Shown here piece after piece: positions 27,263 through 36,483 of a stretch of DNA of 64,000 nucleotides. The DNA is from an uncultured Gammaproteobacteria bacterium (GTDB taxonomy: Bacteria; Patescibacteriota; Patescibacteriia; XYB2-FULL-38-15), in assembly GCA_965231095.1 (NCBI GenBank), contig OZ246416.1:436380-500379 (forward strand), in the 5' to 3' direction. The notes under the pieces were generated by a model. The model was not told the origin of the DNA. It searched no databases and worked only from the letters and a program-made list of their open reading frames with translations. Both the position numbers and the translations under genes were made by a program. Each line of letters starts with the position of its first letter. Position 1 is the first letter of the stretch.

Positions 27263-28462
27263 CTAATTTTTAATGGGTGACATCTTGCGTAATTTTTCCA
27301 CAATGCCCGGCAACACTTTTATTAAACGACTCACTTCTTCTTCATTATTATTTTTTCCCAAAGTAACGCGCAAACTCCCGTGGGAAACAATCGGAGAAAT
27401 TCCCATCGCCGAAAGAACGTGTGATGGCTCAAGCGACCCGGAGGAACAGGCCGAGCCGGTAGAGATGGCGATTCCTTCCATATCAAGCATCAATAAAATA
27501 CTTTCCCCCTCAACATTTTTGAAACAAAAACTCGCATTTCCGGGAACGCGTTTTTCCGGATCGCCGGATAAAATCGCGGCGGGAATTTTTTGCAGCACGC
27601 TCTTGATTAATTTATCGCGTAATTTTTTTATTCTTAAATTTTGACTTTTGGCTTTTGGCTTTTGACTTAACAACTCTATCGCCTTTCCCATTCCAACAAT
27701 TCCCGCAACATTCTCCGTTCCCGAACGGATTCCTTGTTCCTGATGTCCGCCAAAAACAATCGGCAAAAGCGGCGTCCCACTCCGTAAAAACAAAACCCCT
27801 ACGCCCTTTGGCCCATAAATTTTATGCGCCGAAAGCGAAAGCATATCTACTCCCAAAAAATCCACCCGGCAATCGCAAAAATTTGCCGCCTGAACCGCGT
27901 CGGTATGAAAATAAATTTTTTCCTGCTTCCCCCGGCCGGCATTAATTTTTTTAATCAATTCTCCAATCTCCCGAATGGGCTGGATTGTGCCGACTTCATT
28001 GTTGACGTACATCACGGAAACTAAAATTGTTTCCGGCCGAATCGCTTTTTCCACCTCACTCACTTTGACTAAGCCGGTCTTGGTCACCGGCAAATACGAC
28101 ACTTCGACTTCTTCCTTTTTTAATTCGCGGCAAACTTCAAGAACGGCCGGATGTTCAATCGCCGAAGTAATAACATGTATTTTTCTTTTGGGGTCAAGCG
28201 CCCGTGCCCGCCGGAGAAATCCTAAAATCGCGAGGTTGTTGCTCTCGGTCGCCCCAGAAGTAAAAATAATTTCTTTTGGCGCGCAGTCCAAAAATTTCGC
28301 TACCGCCTCGCGCGCCCCCTCTACTCCCGCCCGCGCCGCCTGCCCAAAACTATGGAGCGACGAAGCATTGCCAAAATCATTTTTTAAATACGGCAACATC
28401 GCCCGCAAAACCTCGGGATCTATCGGAGTAGTTGCTGAATGGTCAAAATATATTCGCTTCAT
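27263..28462 (-). CDS. iscS: Cysteine desulfurase (IscS/NifS, class V aminotransferase)
   Basis: 399 aa. MKRIYFDHSATTP N-terminus, PLP-Lys context SLSAHKIYGPKGVG, catalytic loop SSGSACSSGSLEPSHVL. Confidence 0.85.
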   Translation of the reverse strand: MKRIYFDHSATTPIDPEVLRAMLPYLKNDFGNASSLHSFGQAARAGVEGAREAVAKFLDCAPKEIIFTSGATESNNLAILGFLRRARALDPKRKIHVITSAIEHPAVLEVCRELKKEEVEVSYLPVTKTGLVKVSEVEKAIRPETILVSVMYVNNEVGTIQPIREIGELIKKINAGRGKQEKIYFHTDAVQAANFCDCRVDFLGVDMLSLSAHKIYGPKGVGVLFLRSGTPLLPIVFGGHQEQGIRSGTENVAGIVGMGKAIELLSQKPKAKSQNLRIKKLRDKLIKSVLQKIPAAILSGDPEKRVPGNASFCFKNVEGESILLMLDMEGIAISTGSACSSGSLEPSHVLSAMGISPIVSHGSLRVTLGKNNNEEEVSRLIKVLPGIVEKLRKMSPIKN

Positions 28463-28468
28463 AATATA

Positions 28469-28693
28469 TTAAACTGCCACCACTTCTTTTACTCCATCCA
28501 CTTTTGTTTTCAAAGCTCTCGCGATTCCCTGCTCTAGGGTCATCGCCGCCATTGGACAATGATGGCAAGCGCCGGTAAGTTTTACTTTTACCACACCGAT
28601 TTTTTCATCAACATCAACAAGTTCAACATCACCGCCGTCGGCCTGAAGCGCCGGTCTTATTTCGTCTAAAATTTTCTTGATTTTATCTTTCAT
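28469..28693 (-). CDS. NifU C-terminal-domain (Nfu-type) Fe-S assembly protein
   Basis: 74 aa. [13 protein letters not shown]...[11 protein letters not shown] CxxC motif. Confidence 0.7.
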   Translation of the reverse strand: MKDKIKKILDEIRPALQADGGDVELVDVDEKIGVVKVKLTGACHHCPMAAMTLEQGIARALKTKVDGVKEVVAV

Positions 28694-28697
28694 AAAA

Positions 28698-29093
28698 TTA
28701 TTTATTTAATTTTTTAATCGCGTCGTGCAACGCTTCAATCGCGAGCACTGAACAATGTAATTTAATCGGCGGAAGACCGCCTAATGAATCAGCAATATTT
28801 GCTTTTGTCACCTTGGCCGCAACCTCCAATGGCTTGCCTTTTACCAAATCCGTAATCATGGACGATGTCGCAATCGCCGCAGCGCAACCAAGCGTCTCAA
28901 ATTTAATATCTTTAACGTAATCAACCGTTTCCCCGTCAATTTTTTTCTTATCAATCTTTAAATACAACTTCATCATGTCGCCGCACAGGGGATTTCCCGC
29001 CTCCCCCACCGAGGTAGGATTTTTTATCACCCCTTGATTATGCGGATTTTTAAAATGCTCTAGCACTTCTTTTGAATATATAATTTGGCTCAT
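28698..29093 (-). CDS. iscU: Fe-S cluster scaffold IscU/NifU-N
   Basis: 131 aa. [23 protein letters not shown], and LHCSVLA (three conserved Cys). Confidence 0.8.
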   Translation of the reverse strand: MSQIIYSKEVLEHFKNPHNQGVIKNPTSVGEAGNPLCGDMMKLYLKIDKKKIDGETVDYVKDIKFETLGCAAAIATSSMITDLVKGKPLEVAAKVTKANIADSLGGLPPIKLHCSVLAIEALHDAIKKLNK

Positions 29094-29108
29094 ATATAAA
29101 ATTTAAAA

Positions 29109-29480
29109 TTAAGCCGCTATTTTTGTCTCTCTTAATTTATTTAAACGACGACGATAATATCTAACTTCTTCCGCCCCGCTATTGTCCTCTCTTACTATAA
29201 CTTCTTCATTTTCATCTAAAAATTTTTCAATTTCCAAAATAATCCTTTCCTGGGTTTCAAGTTCAGTCTCAGCTTCCAGTCGATCAAAAAGTTTATCAAG
29301 CTCAACAACCGCCTGCAGTCTCTTCCGATTTTCAGCTATAAATTCTTTTGATAGTTCTTCCTCCTCCTCTTCCGAAGATCGCCGTACGTCTTTTTTCTCC
29401 TCCGAAGCTCCTTCCGGCGTTTCATGCTCGGCCTCTATCTTTCTCAAAAGACTATCAAAGGAAATTTCTGAATCTTTCAT
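29109..29480 (-). CDS. Acidic coiled-coil hypothetical protein
   Basis: 123 aa, Glu/Ser-rich. Confidence 0.3.
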   Translation of the reverse strand: MKDSEISFDSLLRKIEAEHETPEGASEEKKDVRRSSEEEEEELSKEFIAENRKRLQAVVELDKLFDRLEAETELETQERIILEIEKFLDENEEVIVREDNSGAEEVRYYRRRLNKLRETKIAA

Positions 29481-29539
29481 AAATAAATCTATAAACTTGC
29501 GAACTTAATACCCGCTAGCTTGAAACTTATAAACTAGAA

Positions 29540-29800
29540 TCAAGCCGCCGGTTTTGCCAAAATTTTTTCTAACCTATCATAATAACCGCCAAGCAACTCC
29601 CTGGCTCCCTCTTCTTTGTGGAATAACTGATTATACCTTTCAAGTGTTTGTCTGATATCCCCCGCCAATTCTTCCCGTCGGTCTCCATTAACTCCATCAG
29701 CCTCCAACTGCCGGAATAACCTCTCCAGTTCCTGCATTATTTCCACTTCTGCCGCGGCTTCGGCAGACATTGTTTCTCTGACATTTTTAGGCATGACCAT
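29540..29800 (-). CDS. Small hypothetical protein
   Basis: 86 aa, helical and charged. Confidence 0.3.
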   Translation of the reverse strand: MVMPKNVRETMSAEAAAEVEIMQELERLFRQLEADGVNGDRREELAGDIRQTLERYNQLFHKEEGARELLGGYYDRLEKILAKPAA

Positions 29801-29885
29801 ATAAATTATCCTTAAAAATTTAAACCTCCATTTTCCAATTATATCTAATTCTCACTTAAATTTCAAGTATCCGCCCAAAATGGGG

Positions 29886-29914
29886 TTGACAACCCAAAGC
29901 CTATTTGATAATAT
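29886..29914 (+). promoter_or_regulatory. Sigma-70-like promoter for rpmA
   Basis: TTGACA-N17-TAATAT. Followed by an 8-bp tandem repeat AACTTATT AACTTATT AGCTTATT GGCTTATC (29929-29962) in the leader. Confidence 0.45.
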
Positions 29915-29970
29915 TTAAAACATCAGAACTTATTAACTTATTAGCTTATTGGCTTATCAGCTAAACGAAT

Positions 29971-30255
29971 ATGGCTCATAAAAAAGCAGGCGGTTCTACT
30001 AGTTTAGGCCGCGATTCACGTTCCCAAAGATTAGGCGTAAAAATGACCGAAGGCCAGATGGCCCATCCCGGCAGAATTTTAGTCCGCCAGCGCGGAACAA
30101 AAGTTCATCCCGGAAAAAATGTCCGGCGCGGGACTGACGATACTTTGTACGCCGTGGCCGACGGAATTGTAAAATTCACCACCAGAAAAAAGATGAAATT
30201 TGACGGAAATTTACGGATGACGAAAATCGTAAACGTCCTACCTAAAGAAGTTTAA
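29971..30255 (+). CDS. rpmA: 50S ribosomal protein L27
   Basis: [24 protein letters not shown]...[16 protein letters not shown] is canonical L27. Confidence 0.9.
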   Translation: MAHKKAGGSTSLGRDSRSQRLGVKMTEGQMAHPGRILVRQRGTKVHPGKNVRRGTDDTLYAVADGIVKFTTRKKMKFDGNLRMTKIVNVLPKEV

Positions 30256-30267
30256 AAAATCATCCAT

Positions 30268-30300
30268 TAAAAAGAAGGCCAATCTCGGCCTTCTTTTGTT
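30268..30300. terminator. Bidirectional terminator between convergent rpmA and the lipoprotein gene
   Basis: AAGAAGGCC-aatctc-GGCCTTCTT with T-runs on both strands. Confidence 0.5.
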
Positions 30301-30309
30301 TTTATATTT

Positions 30310-31146
30310 TTATGATTTTTCCACGACAACCATTACTCGCGCGCCCGTCCGCATATCCGGCTCCGGCCGCGGATCTTGAAATTCGCGGTCTCCCCCAACC
30401 CAATCGTGCACTGCCCAAAGTAAATCGCCATATCTATAACGGTAGGCCTCTCCCCGTTTTGTCCCCGGATCGTTTGTGATAAAATTTTCTTCATCATACC
30501 CGCGGATCAAAAGCATGTGATAGAGCGGCCCGGGCTGATGGTAATATGGATTGCCAATGTCTCGACCGGCGAGCGGCACAATAATCAAATTTCCCGCCGC
30601 CAAATTTTTCTTTATTTCCGGTTCTGAAACCATTTTATTTAAAGACGCCTTAAGGCCAAAATATTTTTCTAAAACCTCGACGGTTTGCCCGGCAGTCAAG
30701 TCAATGGGATAACCATTTTTTTCCTCCCACTCCACCAACTTTAAAATTTCTTCCGCCATTATATTATTATCCAATTTTTCATTTTTAAAATATCTCGCCG
30801 CCATAATCATTGACGCCTCTTCACAGGCCTCTTGATACGGCATACTCCAATCTCCCTGCGGCGCCTGCGAAGCGAAAGCAACTTTGATGTCAAATTTATC
30901 CGGCAGGACTGATGGTTCCGCTTTTTCGGTATTTACATTTATGTTGGCGTTGGCAGTCTCTTCTTCCTGATTATTTTCCTGATTTACATTTGCGGCATTG
31001 ACCGGCGGCAGAACATTTCCTTCAGCTTGGCTGTTTTGATTTTCCTGATTATTCGGCGTATTTTGATTATCTAAAAAACCCGACCGCGTTTCGCAGCCCG
31101 CGCCGACAAGAAATAAAATTGCGATAATAAAAAATATACGTTTCAT
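30310..31146 (-). CDS. Lipoprotein with papain-like (C39-like/BtrH-like) cysteine peptidase domain
   Basis: 278 aa. Lipobox LVGAGC, N/Q-rich low-complexity linker, then Cys (QEACEEAS), His (YHMLLIRGYDE) and NDP Asp, suggesting a Cys-His-Asp triad. Tentative. Confidence 0.4.
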   Translation of the reverse strand: MKRIFFIIAILFLVGAGCETRSGFLDNQNTPNNQENQNSQAEGNVLPPVNAANVNQENNQEEETANANINVNTEKAEPSVLPDKFDIKVAFASQAPQGDWSMPYQEACEEASMIMAARYFKNEKLDNNIMAEEILKLVEWEEKNGYPIDLTAGQTVEVLEKYFGLKASLNKMVSEPEIKKNLAAGNLIIVPLAGRDIGNPYYHQPGPLYHMLLIRGYDEENFITNDPGTKRGEAYRYRYGDLLWAVHDWVGGDREFQDPRPEPDMRTGARVMVVVEKS

Positions 31147-31195
31147 AGATTTTTATCTCACCATATTTCTATAACGAAGTCAAGACTGATATATT

Positions 31196-32833
31196 TCATC
31201 CCCGATTTTTAAGGCACGCCGAAATGAATTCTTTAAAAAGTGGATGTGGGTTTAACGGCCTACTCTTAAACTCGGGGTGAAATTGCGCGCCGACAAAGAA
31301 CGGGTGATCTTTAATTTCAATAATTTCTACTAAACTATTATCCGGCGAGGTACCGGCAATCACAAGTCCCGCTTTTTCAAATTGTTCGCGATAAGCATTG
31401 TTAAATTCATAACGATGGCGATGCCGTTCAGAAATATTTTTCTGACCGTAAGCTTTATAACTCAAAGATTTTTTGTTTAAAACGCAGGGATACGCCCCAA
31501 GCCTCATTGTCCCACCATACTTTTTATTTTTTACCAAATCGCTTTGACTTTCCATAATATGGATAATCGGATTTGATGTTTTGGGATTAATTTCCGCCGT
31601 GTTGGCATCCGCCAGTCCGCAGATATTTCGCGCGAATTCCACCACCGCTATCTGCATTCCGTAACACAAACCAAAATATGGAATTTTATTTTCCCGGCAA
31701 TATTGAATCGCTTTTATTTTTCCTTCCACCCCGCGCGCCCCAAAACCGCCCGGAACAATTATGCCGTCAAGCTGTTTTAACTCTTTTAATTTGGCCGGAT
31801 TTTTTTCATATTCTTCCGAATTCAACCAAGTTAAAACCGGCTTGCGATTTTGCGCCCAGGCCGCATGTTTTACCGCCTCAATCACGGAGATATAAACATC
31901 AGACAAAACAAAATTTCCCGTGGTAAAATATTTTCCCACTATGCCCACGCGCACTTCACCCTTCGCCGTTTTAATTGTCTTAATAAGTTTCCGCCACTCC
32001 ACCAAATCTTTTTGGCGCGCTCGCATGTTAAATTTTGAAAGAATTCTTTGTCCCAACTGTTCTTTTTCAAAATTTATCGGCACATCATAAATTGAATCAA
32101 CGTCCGGCGCGGAAATAACGTCTCGTTTGTCCACATTGCAAAAAACGGATAATTTTCTTTTTCTTGGTTCATCAAGCGGCTGTTCGGCTCGGCATAAAAT
32201 AAAATCTGGCTGAATCCCCGCGGCGTTCAAAAGTTGCGCCGCTTGCTGGGTCGGTTTGGTTTTCATCTCTCCGATTTTTGACGGAATTGGCAAATAACTT
32301 ACTAAAACAAAAAGGACGTCGTCCGGACGCCGCTGATGTAACATTCTCGCCGCTTCCAAAAATAAAACATTTTGATATTCGCCGACCGTGCCGCCGACTT
32401 CAACAATAGTGAAATCTGCTTTGGCGATTTTTGCCGCGCGGCGGATGCGGCGAATTACTTCTTCCGGAACATGAGGAACAACTTCAACACATTTTCCGCC
32501 GTATTCCAAATTTCTTTCTTTCTGAATAACTGTCTGATAAACCCGGCCGGTGGTCATGTAGTTGTCTGAATAAATATTTGTGTCCAAAAATCTTTCGTAG
32601 TTCCCAATATCCTGATCTGTCTCATCACCATCTTCTGTGACAAAAACTTCTCCGTGCTCAACCGGATTCATGGTTCCGGCGTCAACATTAATATAAGGAT
32701 CAATTTTCACGGCTGTCACGCGAAAACCTTTTCCTTGTAAAATTTTTCCGATGGAGGCCGAAGCTGTCCCTTTCCCCACTCCGGACATCACACCGCCCAC
32801 GACAAAAATAAATTTGGTTGCCATAAATATCAA
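31196..32833 (-). CDS. pyrG: CTP synthase
   Basis: 545 aa. FIFVVGGVMSGVGKG N-terminus (true start probably MATKF at 32824). C-terminal glutamine amidotransferase GLCYGMQ (Cys) and H-E motifs. Confidence 0.9.
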   Translation of the reverse strand: MIFMATKFIFVVGGVMSGVGKGTASASIGKILQGKGFRVTAVKIDPYINVDAGTMNPVEHGEVFVTEDGDETDQDIGNYERFLDTNIYSDNYMTTGRVYQTVIQKERNLEYGGKCVEVVPHVPEEVIRRIRRAAKIAKADFTIVEVGGTVGEYQNVLFLEAARMLHQRRPDDVLFVLVSYLPIPSKIGEMKTKPTQQAAQLLNAAGIQPDFILCRAEQPLDEPRKRKLSVFCNVDKRDVISAPDVDSIYDVPINFEKEQLGQRILSKFNMRARQKDLVEWRKLIKTIKTAKGEVRVGIVGKYFTTGNFVLSDVYISVIEAVKHAAWAQNRKPVLTWLNSEEYEKNPAKLKELKQLDGIIVPGGFGARGVEGKIKAIQYCRENKIPYFGLCYGMQIAVVEFARNICGLADANTAEINPKTSNPIIHIMESQSDLVKNKKYGGTMRLGAYPCVLNKKSLSYKAYGQKNISERHRHRYEFNNAYREQFEKAGLVIAGTSPDNSLVEIIEIKDHPFFVGAQFHPEFKSRPLNPHPLFKEFISACLKNRG

Positions 32834-32849
32834 AACAATTAATTACCTA

Positions 32850-33296
32850 TTATTTCTCCTCCACCACTCTCACTAAAATCTTCGCTTCCAGCCCTCCTTT
32901 CAATTTTACCACAATTTCGTGTCCACCGACATCTTTGATCGGTTTATCCAATTTTATTTTCCCACCCTCCATTTCAAAACCCTTTCTTTTGAGTTCCGCG
33001 GCAATTTCTTCCACACCAACCGAACCGTAAAGTTTTCCTCCCTCGCCGACCTTGGCCGCGATTTTAATTTCCGCCCCGGAGATTTCTTTGGCCAATTTTT
33101 TCAGCCGTTTTTCTTCGTGCGCCGCCTTCTCCACCGCCGCCTGTTTTTGCGCTTCAACTTTTGCCACAAAACCCGAGGTCGCCAACCGCGCCAAACCTTT
33201 TGGAATCAAAAAATTCCGGGCAAAACCCTCGGCCACCTCTTTTGTCTCCCCCGCCCGCCCGACTTTATCCACATTTTTTAGTAAAATAACTTTCAT
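32850..33296 (-). CDS. rplI: 50S ribosomal protein L9
   Basis: [36 protein letters not shown] is a canonical L9 N-terminus. TATAAT lies 14 nt upstream of the ATG. Confidence 0.85.
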   Translation of the reverse strand: MKVILLKNVDKVGRAGETKEVAEGFARNFLIPKGLARLATSGFVAKVEAQKQAAVEKAAHEEKRLKKLAKEISGAEIKIAAKVGEGGKLYGSVGVEEIAAELKRKGFEMEGGKIKLDKPIKDVGGHEIVVKLKGGLEAKILVRVVEEK

Positions 33297-33492
33297 ATAT
33301 ATCAGTATATTATACCAAAAAAAATTTAAAAATCAAAAACTAACTATACATTTAACATATACCACTGACCCTTAATAAGATGATGACTAACGCCCGTTAA
33401 ATATATATTAAATTAACTATACCCCCCTCTCTTCATCTTTCCATCATAAAAAAAGAATATACTATAAAGTGGGAAATTTAAAGATTAAATTT

Positions 33493-33768
33493 ATGGATCA
33501 GGACTTGTGCTATTGCGGAGAACGAGCCACTCGCGGTGAGGGGTTGCTTCGAAACACCATGTCCTGCCAGTCTTGCGGCAGCGAATGGGAAATCACCCAT
33601 TGCTGGAATTGCGGCGAACAAATTGACGGAAGATTTTCTTCAACCTGCCGCGCCTGCGACTGGTATCTCTGCGCCAAATGCGGGGCGCACGAACCGGACT
33701 GCACTAACACTCTAAACGCAAAAGCGCGCGTCGGGAATGCGGCTACTTTCGGCAGTACGGCAGTTTAA
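33493..33768 (+). CDS. Small Cys-rich (zinc-ribbon-like) protein; moderately GC-rich islet 5
   Basis: ~92 aa with five CxxC/CxC pairs (CYC, CQSC, CWNC, CRAC, CAKC...C). ~52% GC against AT-rich flanks. Start at ATG 33493 chosen (the track ORF begins at GTG 33469). Terminator follows. Confidence 0.4.
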   Translation: MDQDLCYCGERATRGEGLLRNTMSCQSCGSEWEITHCWNCGEQIDGRFSSTCRACDWYLCAKCGAHEPDCTNTLNAKARVGNAATFGSTAV

Positions 33769-33785
33769 TTTTTTCAAAAATGAAA

Positions 33786-33812
33786 AAGAGGCACTGAAGC
33801 CTCTTTTTGTAT
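33786..33812. terminator. Bidirectional terminator between the Cys-rich ORF and ctpA
   Basis: AAGAGGC-actga-GCCTCTT followed by TTTGTATTTT; A-run on the other side. Confidence 0.5.
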
Positions 33813-33813
33813 T

Positions 33814-35061
33814 TTATTCCGTCTGATTTATAATTTCTATTGCTTTGTCCATTTGCGGATCGCGGCTGGCGTTGTAATCCTCTTCAGTCAATTCTATTTC
33901 TACGTCCGGCGCTATTCCCTCTTTATCAATATGCCTGCCTTTTGGCGTCAGCCATTCGGCCACGGTAATTTTTACGGCTGAACCGTCCGTGAGCGGCTCC
34001 AGAGTTTGCACCGACCCTTTCCCAAAAGTTTTTTCTCCGACAAGCGTTGCCTTGCCATAATCTTGGAGCGCGCCGGCCACAATTTCCGAAGCTGAAGCTG
34101 AGCCTTGGTTTACTAAAACCACGGTTTTTAAATTCGCAAACCGCGCGAGGCCACTGGAACGGCCCTCACTTTTATTTCCGTCATCCATCTGCTCAATCAC
34201 AACAATATCATTTTCTATCCATTCCCCGGCCACTTCCACGGCTGTGTTCAAAAATCCGCCCGGATTATTTCTTAAGTCCAAAATCAAGCCCTTGGGATTT
34301 TTCGCGAGAAGTTCAATCGCGGCCTGATTAAATCTTCTTTCCGTATCTTCATTAAAATGATTTATTTCAATGTAGGCAATATCATTTTTCATTTCCCATT
34401 TTACGCTCGCCACTTCAATCGTATCACGCGTGATTTTAATATCTTTTGTTTTGTCCCAGCTTTCGCGCCAAACTGTTAAAGTGACATCTGTCCCTTTTTC
34501 TCCGCGAATAATACTTACGGCATAATCAAGCGCCATGTCAAGAGTATCTTGCCCATCAATCGCCAAAATTTTATCGCCGGCCATAAGTCCGGCCCGCATT
34601 GCCGGGGTATCAGGCAGCGGTGCAACAATTGTCAGCTGATTATTTTTTATGCCAAGCTCGGCGCCTATCCCGGAAAAAGTTCCTTCCAACTCTTGTTTAA
34701 AATCCGCTGCGGTTTTGGGATCAAAAAAAACCGAATAAGGATCCTTAAGGGAAGAGACAATCCCCGTCAGCGCTCCGTAGAAAAGTTGAGTGTCGGTTAC
34801 CGGCTGATGAACATAATTATTTTTTGCCAAATTCCAAACTTCCCAAAAAAGATTAAAATCAACATCTTTGGACAAATATTCCGGTAGCGCCTCCTTGTTT
34901 TGAATTTCTCCGCCGTAAATTTCTTTTTCTGCCGCGACTCTCCCCTGCCGCGCTCCGAGCGCCATGCCTCCTAAAAATCCGCCAAGCACCAAAACCAAAA
35001 TTATATAAACTGAGGTATATTTAAAAATAAATTTATATTTTTCGGTGATTTTTAAATCCAT
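33814..35061 (-). CDS. Carboxyl-terminal processing protease (S41 family, CtpA-like) with PDZ
   Basis: 415 aa. N-terminal TM, PDZ (GDKILAIDG), S41 catalytic region GSASASEIVAGALQD...K dyad. Confidence 0.8.
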   Translation of the reverse strand: MDLKITEKYKFIFKYTSVYIILVLVLGGFLGGMALGARQGRVAAEKEIYGGEIQNKEALPEYLSKDVDFNLFWEVWNLAKNNYVHQPVTDTQLFYGALTGIVSSLKDPYSVFFDPKTAADFKQELEGTFSGIGAELGIKNNQLTIVAPLPDTPAMRAGLMAGDKILAIDGQDTLDMALDYAVSIIRGEKGTDVTLTVWRESWDKTKDIKITRDTIEVASVKWEMKNDIAYIEINHFNEDTERRFNQAAIELLAKNPKGLILDLRNNPGGFLNTAVEVAGEWIENDIVVIEQMDDGNKSEGRSSGLARFANLKTVVLVNQGSASASEIVAGALQDYGKATLVGEKTFGKGSVQTLEPLTDGSAVKITVAEWLTPKGRHIDKEGIAPDVEIELTEEDYNASRDPQMDKAIEIINQTE

Positions 35062-35075
35062 AAATATTTTAATTT

Positions 35076-36329
35076 TTAAATTCTCTTAATGTCCGCGCCG
35101 AGTTTCCGCAATCGTTCATCAATTCTTTCGTAACCGCGATCCACAATTTCCGCTTCGTTGATAATTGTTTCACCGGAGGCGATTAAACCGGCAATTATCA
35201 AAGTCGCGCCGGCGCGCAAATCAAAACTTTTTATTTCCTGGCCAGCAAGCGGAGTTGGTCCAGTAATAATGACGCGATGCGGATCAGCCACAATCGCATT
35301 TGCTCCCATTTTTACAAGTTCTCCAACATATCCCATTCGCCCTTCAAAAAGCGGATCGGCAATCAGGGTCGTACCGTCGCACTGCGTCGCGAGCACGCCG
35401 AACGGCGCCTGAAGATCGGTCGGGAAACCGGGATATGGCAATGTCTGCAAACGGAAAGCGCGTAAATTTTCCGACGGTTTGATTTTCAAAAAATCTTTGC
35501 CCACTTCAAAGTTCACGCCCGCCTCTTTTAATTTCAATAAAATTATTTCAAGATGATCCGGAATAATATTTTCAATAGTCACCTCTCCCCCGGAAACCGC
35601 CGCGGCCACGGCCAAAGTCCCAATTTCAATTTGATCGGGAATCAAAGTATGGCGCGCCCCGTGCAATTTTTCCACGCCGGAAATTTTTAGAGTGTGCGTA
35701 CCCGCGCCGGAAATTTTCGCCCCCATTTCCCCCAAAAATTTTATCAAATCCTGGACGTGCGGCTCGGCGGCGGCCAAATGAACTTCTGTTTCGCCTTTGG
35801 CCAGAGAAGCGGCCATTAAAAGATTCTCTGTTGCCGTAACGGAAAATTCTGGTAAAATGATAAGTGTACCGCGAAGACCGTCTGTTTCCAGATTAAAATG
35901 TCCATTCGTACGCGTAACTTTCGCCCCCAATTTTTCCAGGGCGTAAAAATGCGTGTCCGGCGGACGATTGCCGATGATACAGCCGCCCGGCTCGGGAATC
36001 GTCACCTTCTTAAAACGGGCGAGCATCGGTCCCAAAAATAAAATTGACGAACGCATGCTTTTCACGGCTTTTTCATCAAGCAGTTTTATGTCGGCGTCTT
36101 TGGCGCAAAGCGTCACTTCGTGATCTCCTGTCCATTCCACCTTCGCTCCCAAACTTTTTAAAATATCAAGCATCCGCATCACGTCAGAAATTTTTGGAAC
36201 ATTAGAAATTACGCATTCTTCGGAGGTCAAAAGAGTCGCCGCGATAATTGGCGTCGCCGCGTTCTTCATTCCGCTCGCCCGAATTTTCCCGTTTAATGGC
36301 TTGCCTCCACTAATGATAAATTTAGACAT
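35076..36329 (-). CDS. murA: UDP-N-acetylglucosamine 1-carboxyvinyltransferase MurA
   Basis: 417 aa. MSKFIISGGKPLNGKIRASGMKNA N-terminus; active-site region with Cys (PGGCIIGNRP). Confidence 0.9.
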   Translation of the reverse strand: MSKFIISGGKPLNGKIRASGMKNAATPIIAATLLTSEECVISNVPKISDVMRMLDILKSLGAKVEWTGDHEVTLCAKDADIKLLDEKAVKSMRSSILFLGPMLARFKKVTIPEPGGCIIGNRPPDTHFYALEKLGAKVTRTNGHFNLETDGLRGTLIILPEFSVTATENLLMAASLAKGETEVHLAAAEPHVQDLIKFLGEMGAKISGAGTHTLKISGVEKLHGARHTLIPDQIEIGTLAVAAAVSGGEVTIENIIPDHLEIILLKLKEAGVNFEVGKDFLKIKPSENLRAFRLQTLPYPGFPTDLQAPFGVLATQCDGTTLIADPLFEGRMGYVGELVKMGANAIVADPHRVIITGPTPLAGQEIKSFDLRAGATLIIAGLIASGETIINEAEIVDRGYERIDERLRKLGADIKRI

Positions 36330-36483
36330 ACAATCAATTATTTAACAATTATTACAGTTTAGCCGTTTTTTTAAAAAAATACAAGAAATGCCTCATTTAT
36401 TATAAAAAAATAAATTACCAATTTCCAATTACTAATTTCCAATAAATTTTCCATGGCCAAAATTGATAATTGAAAATTGATAA

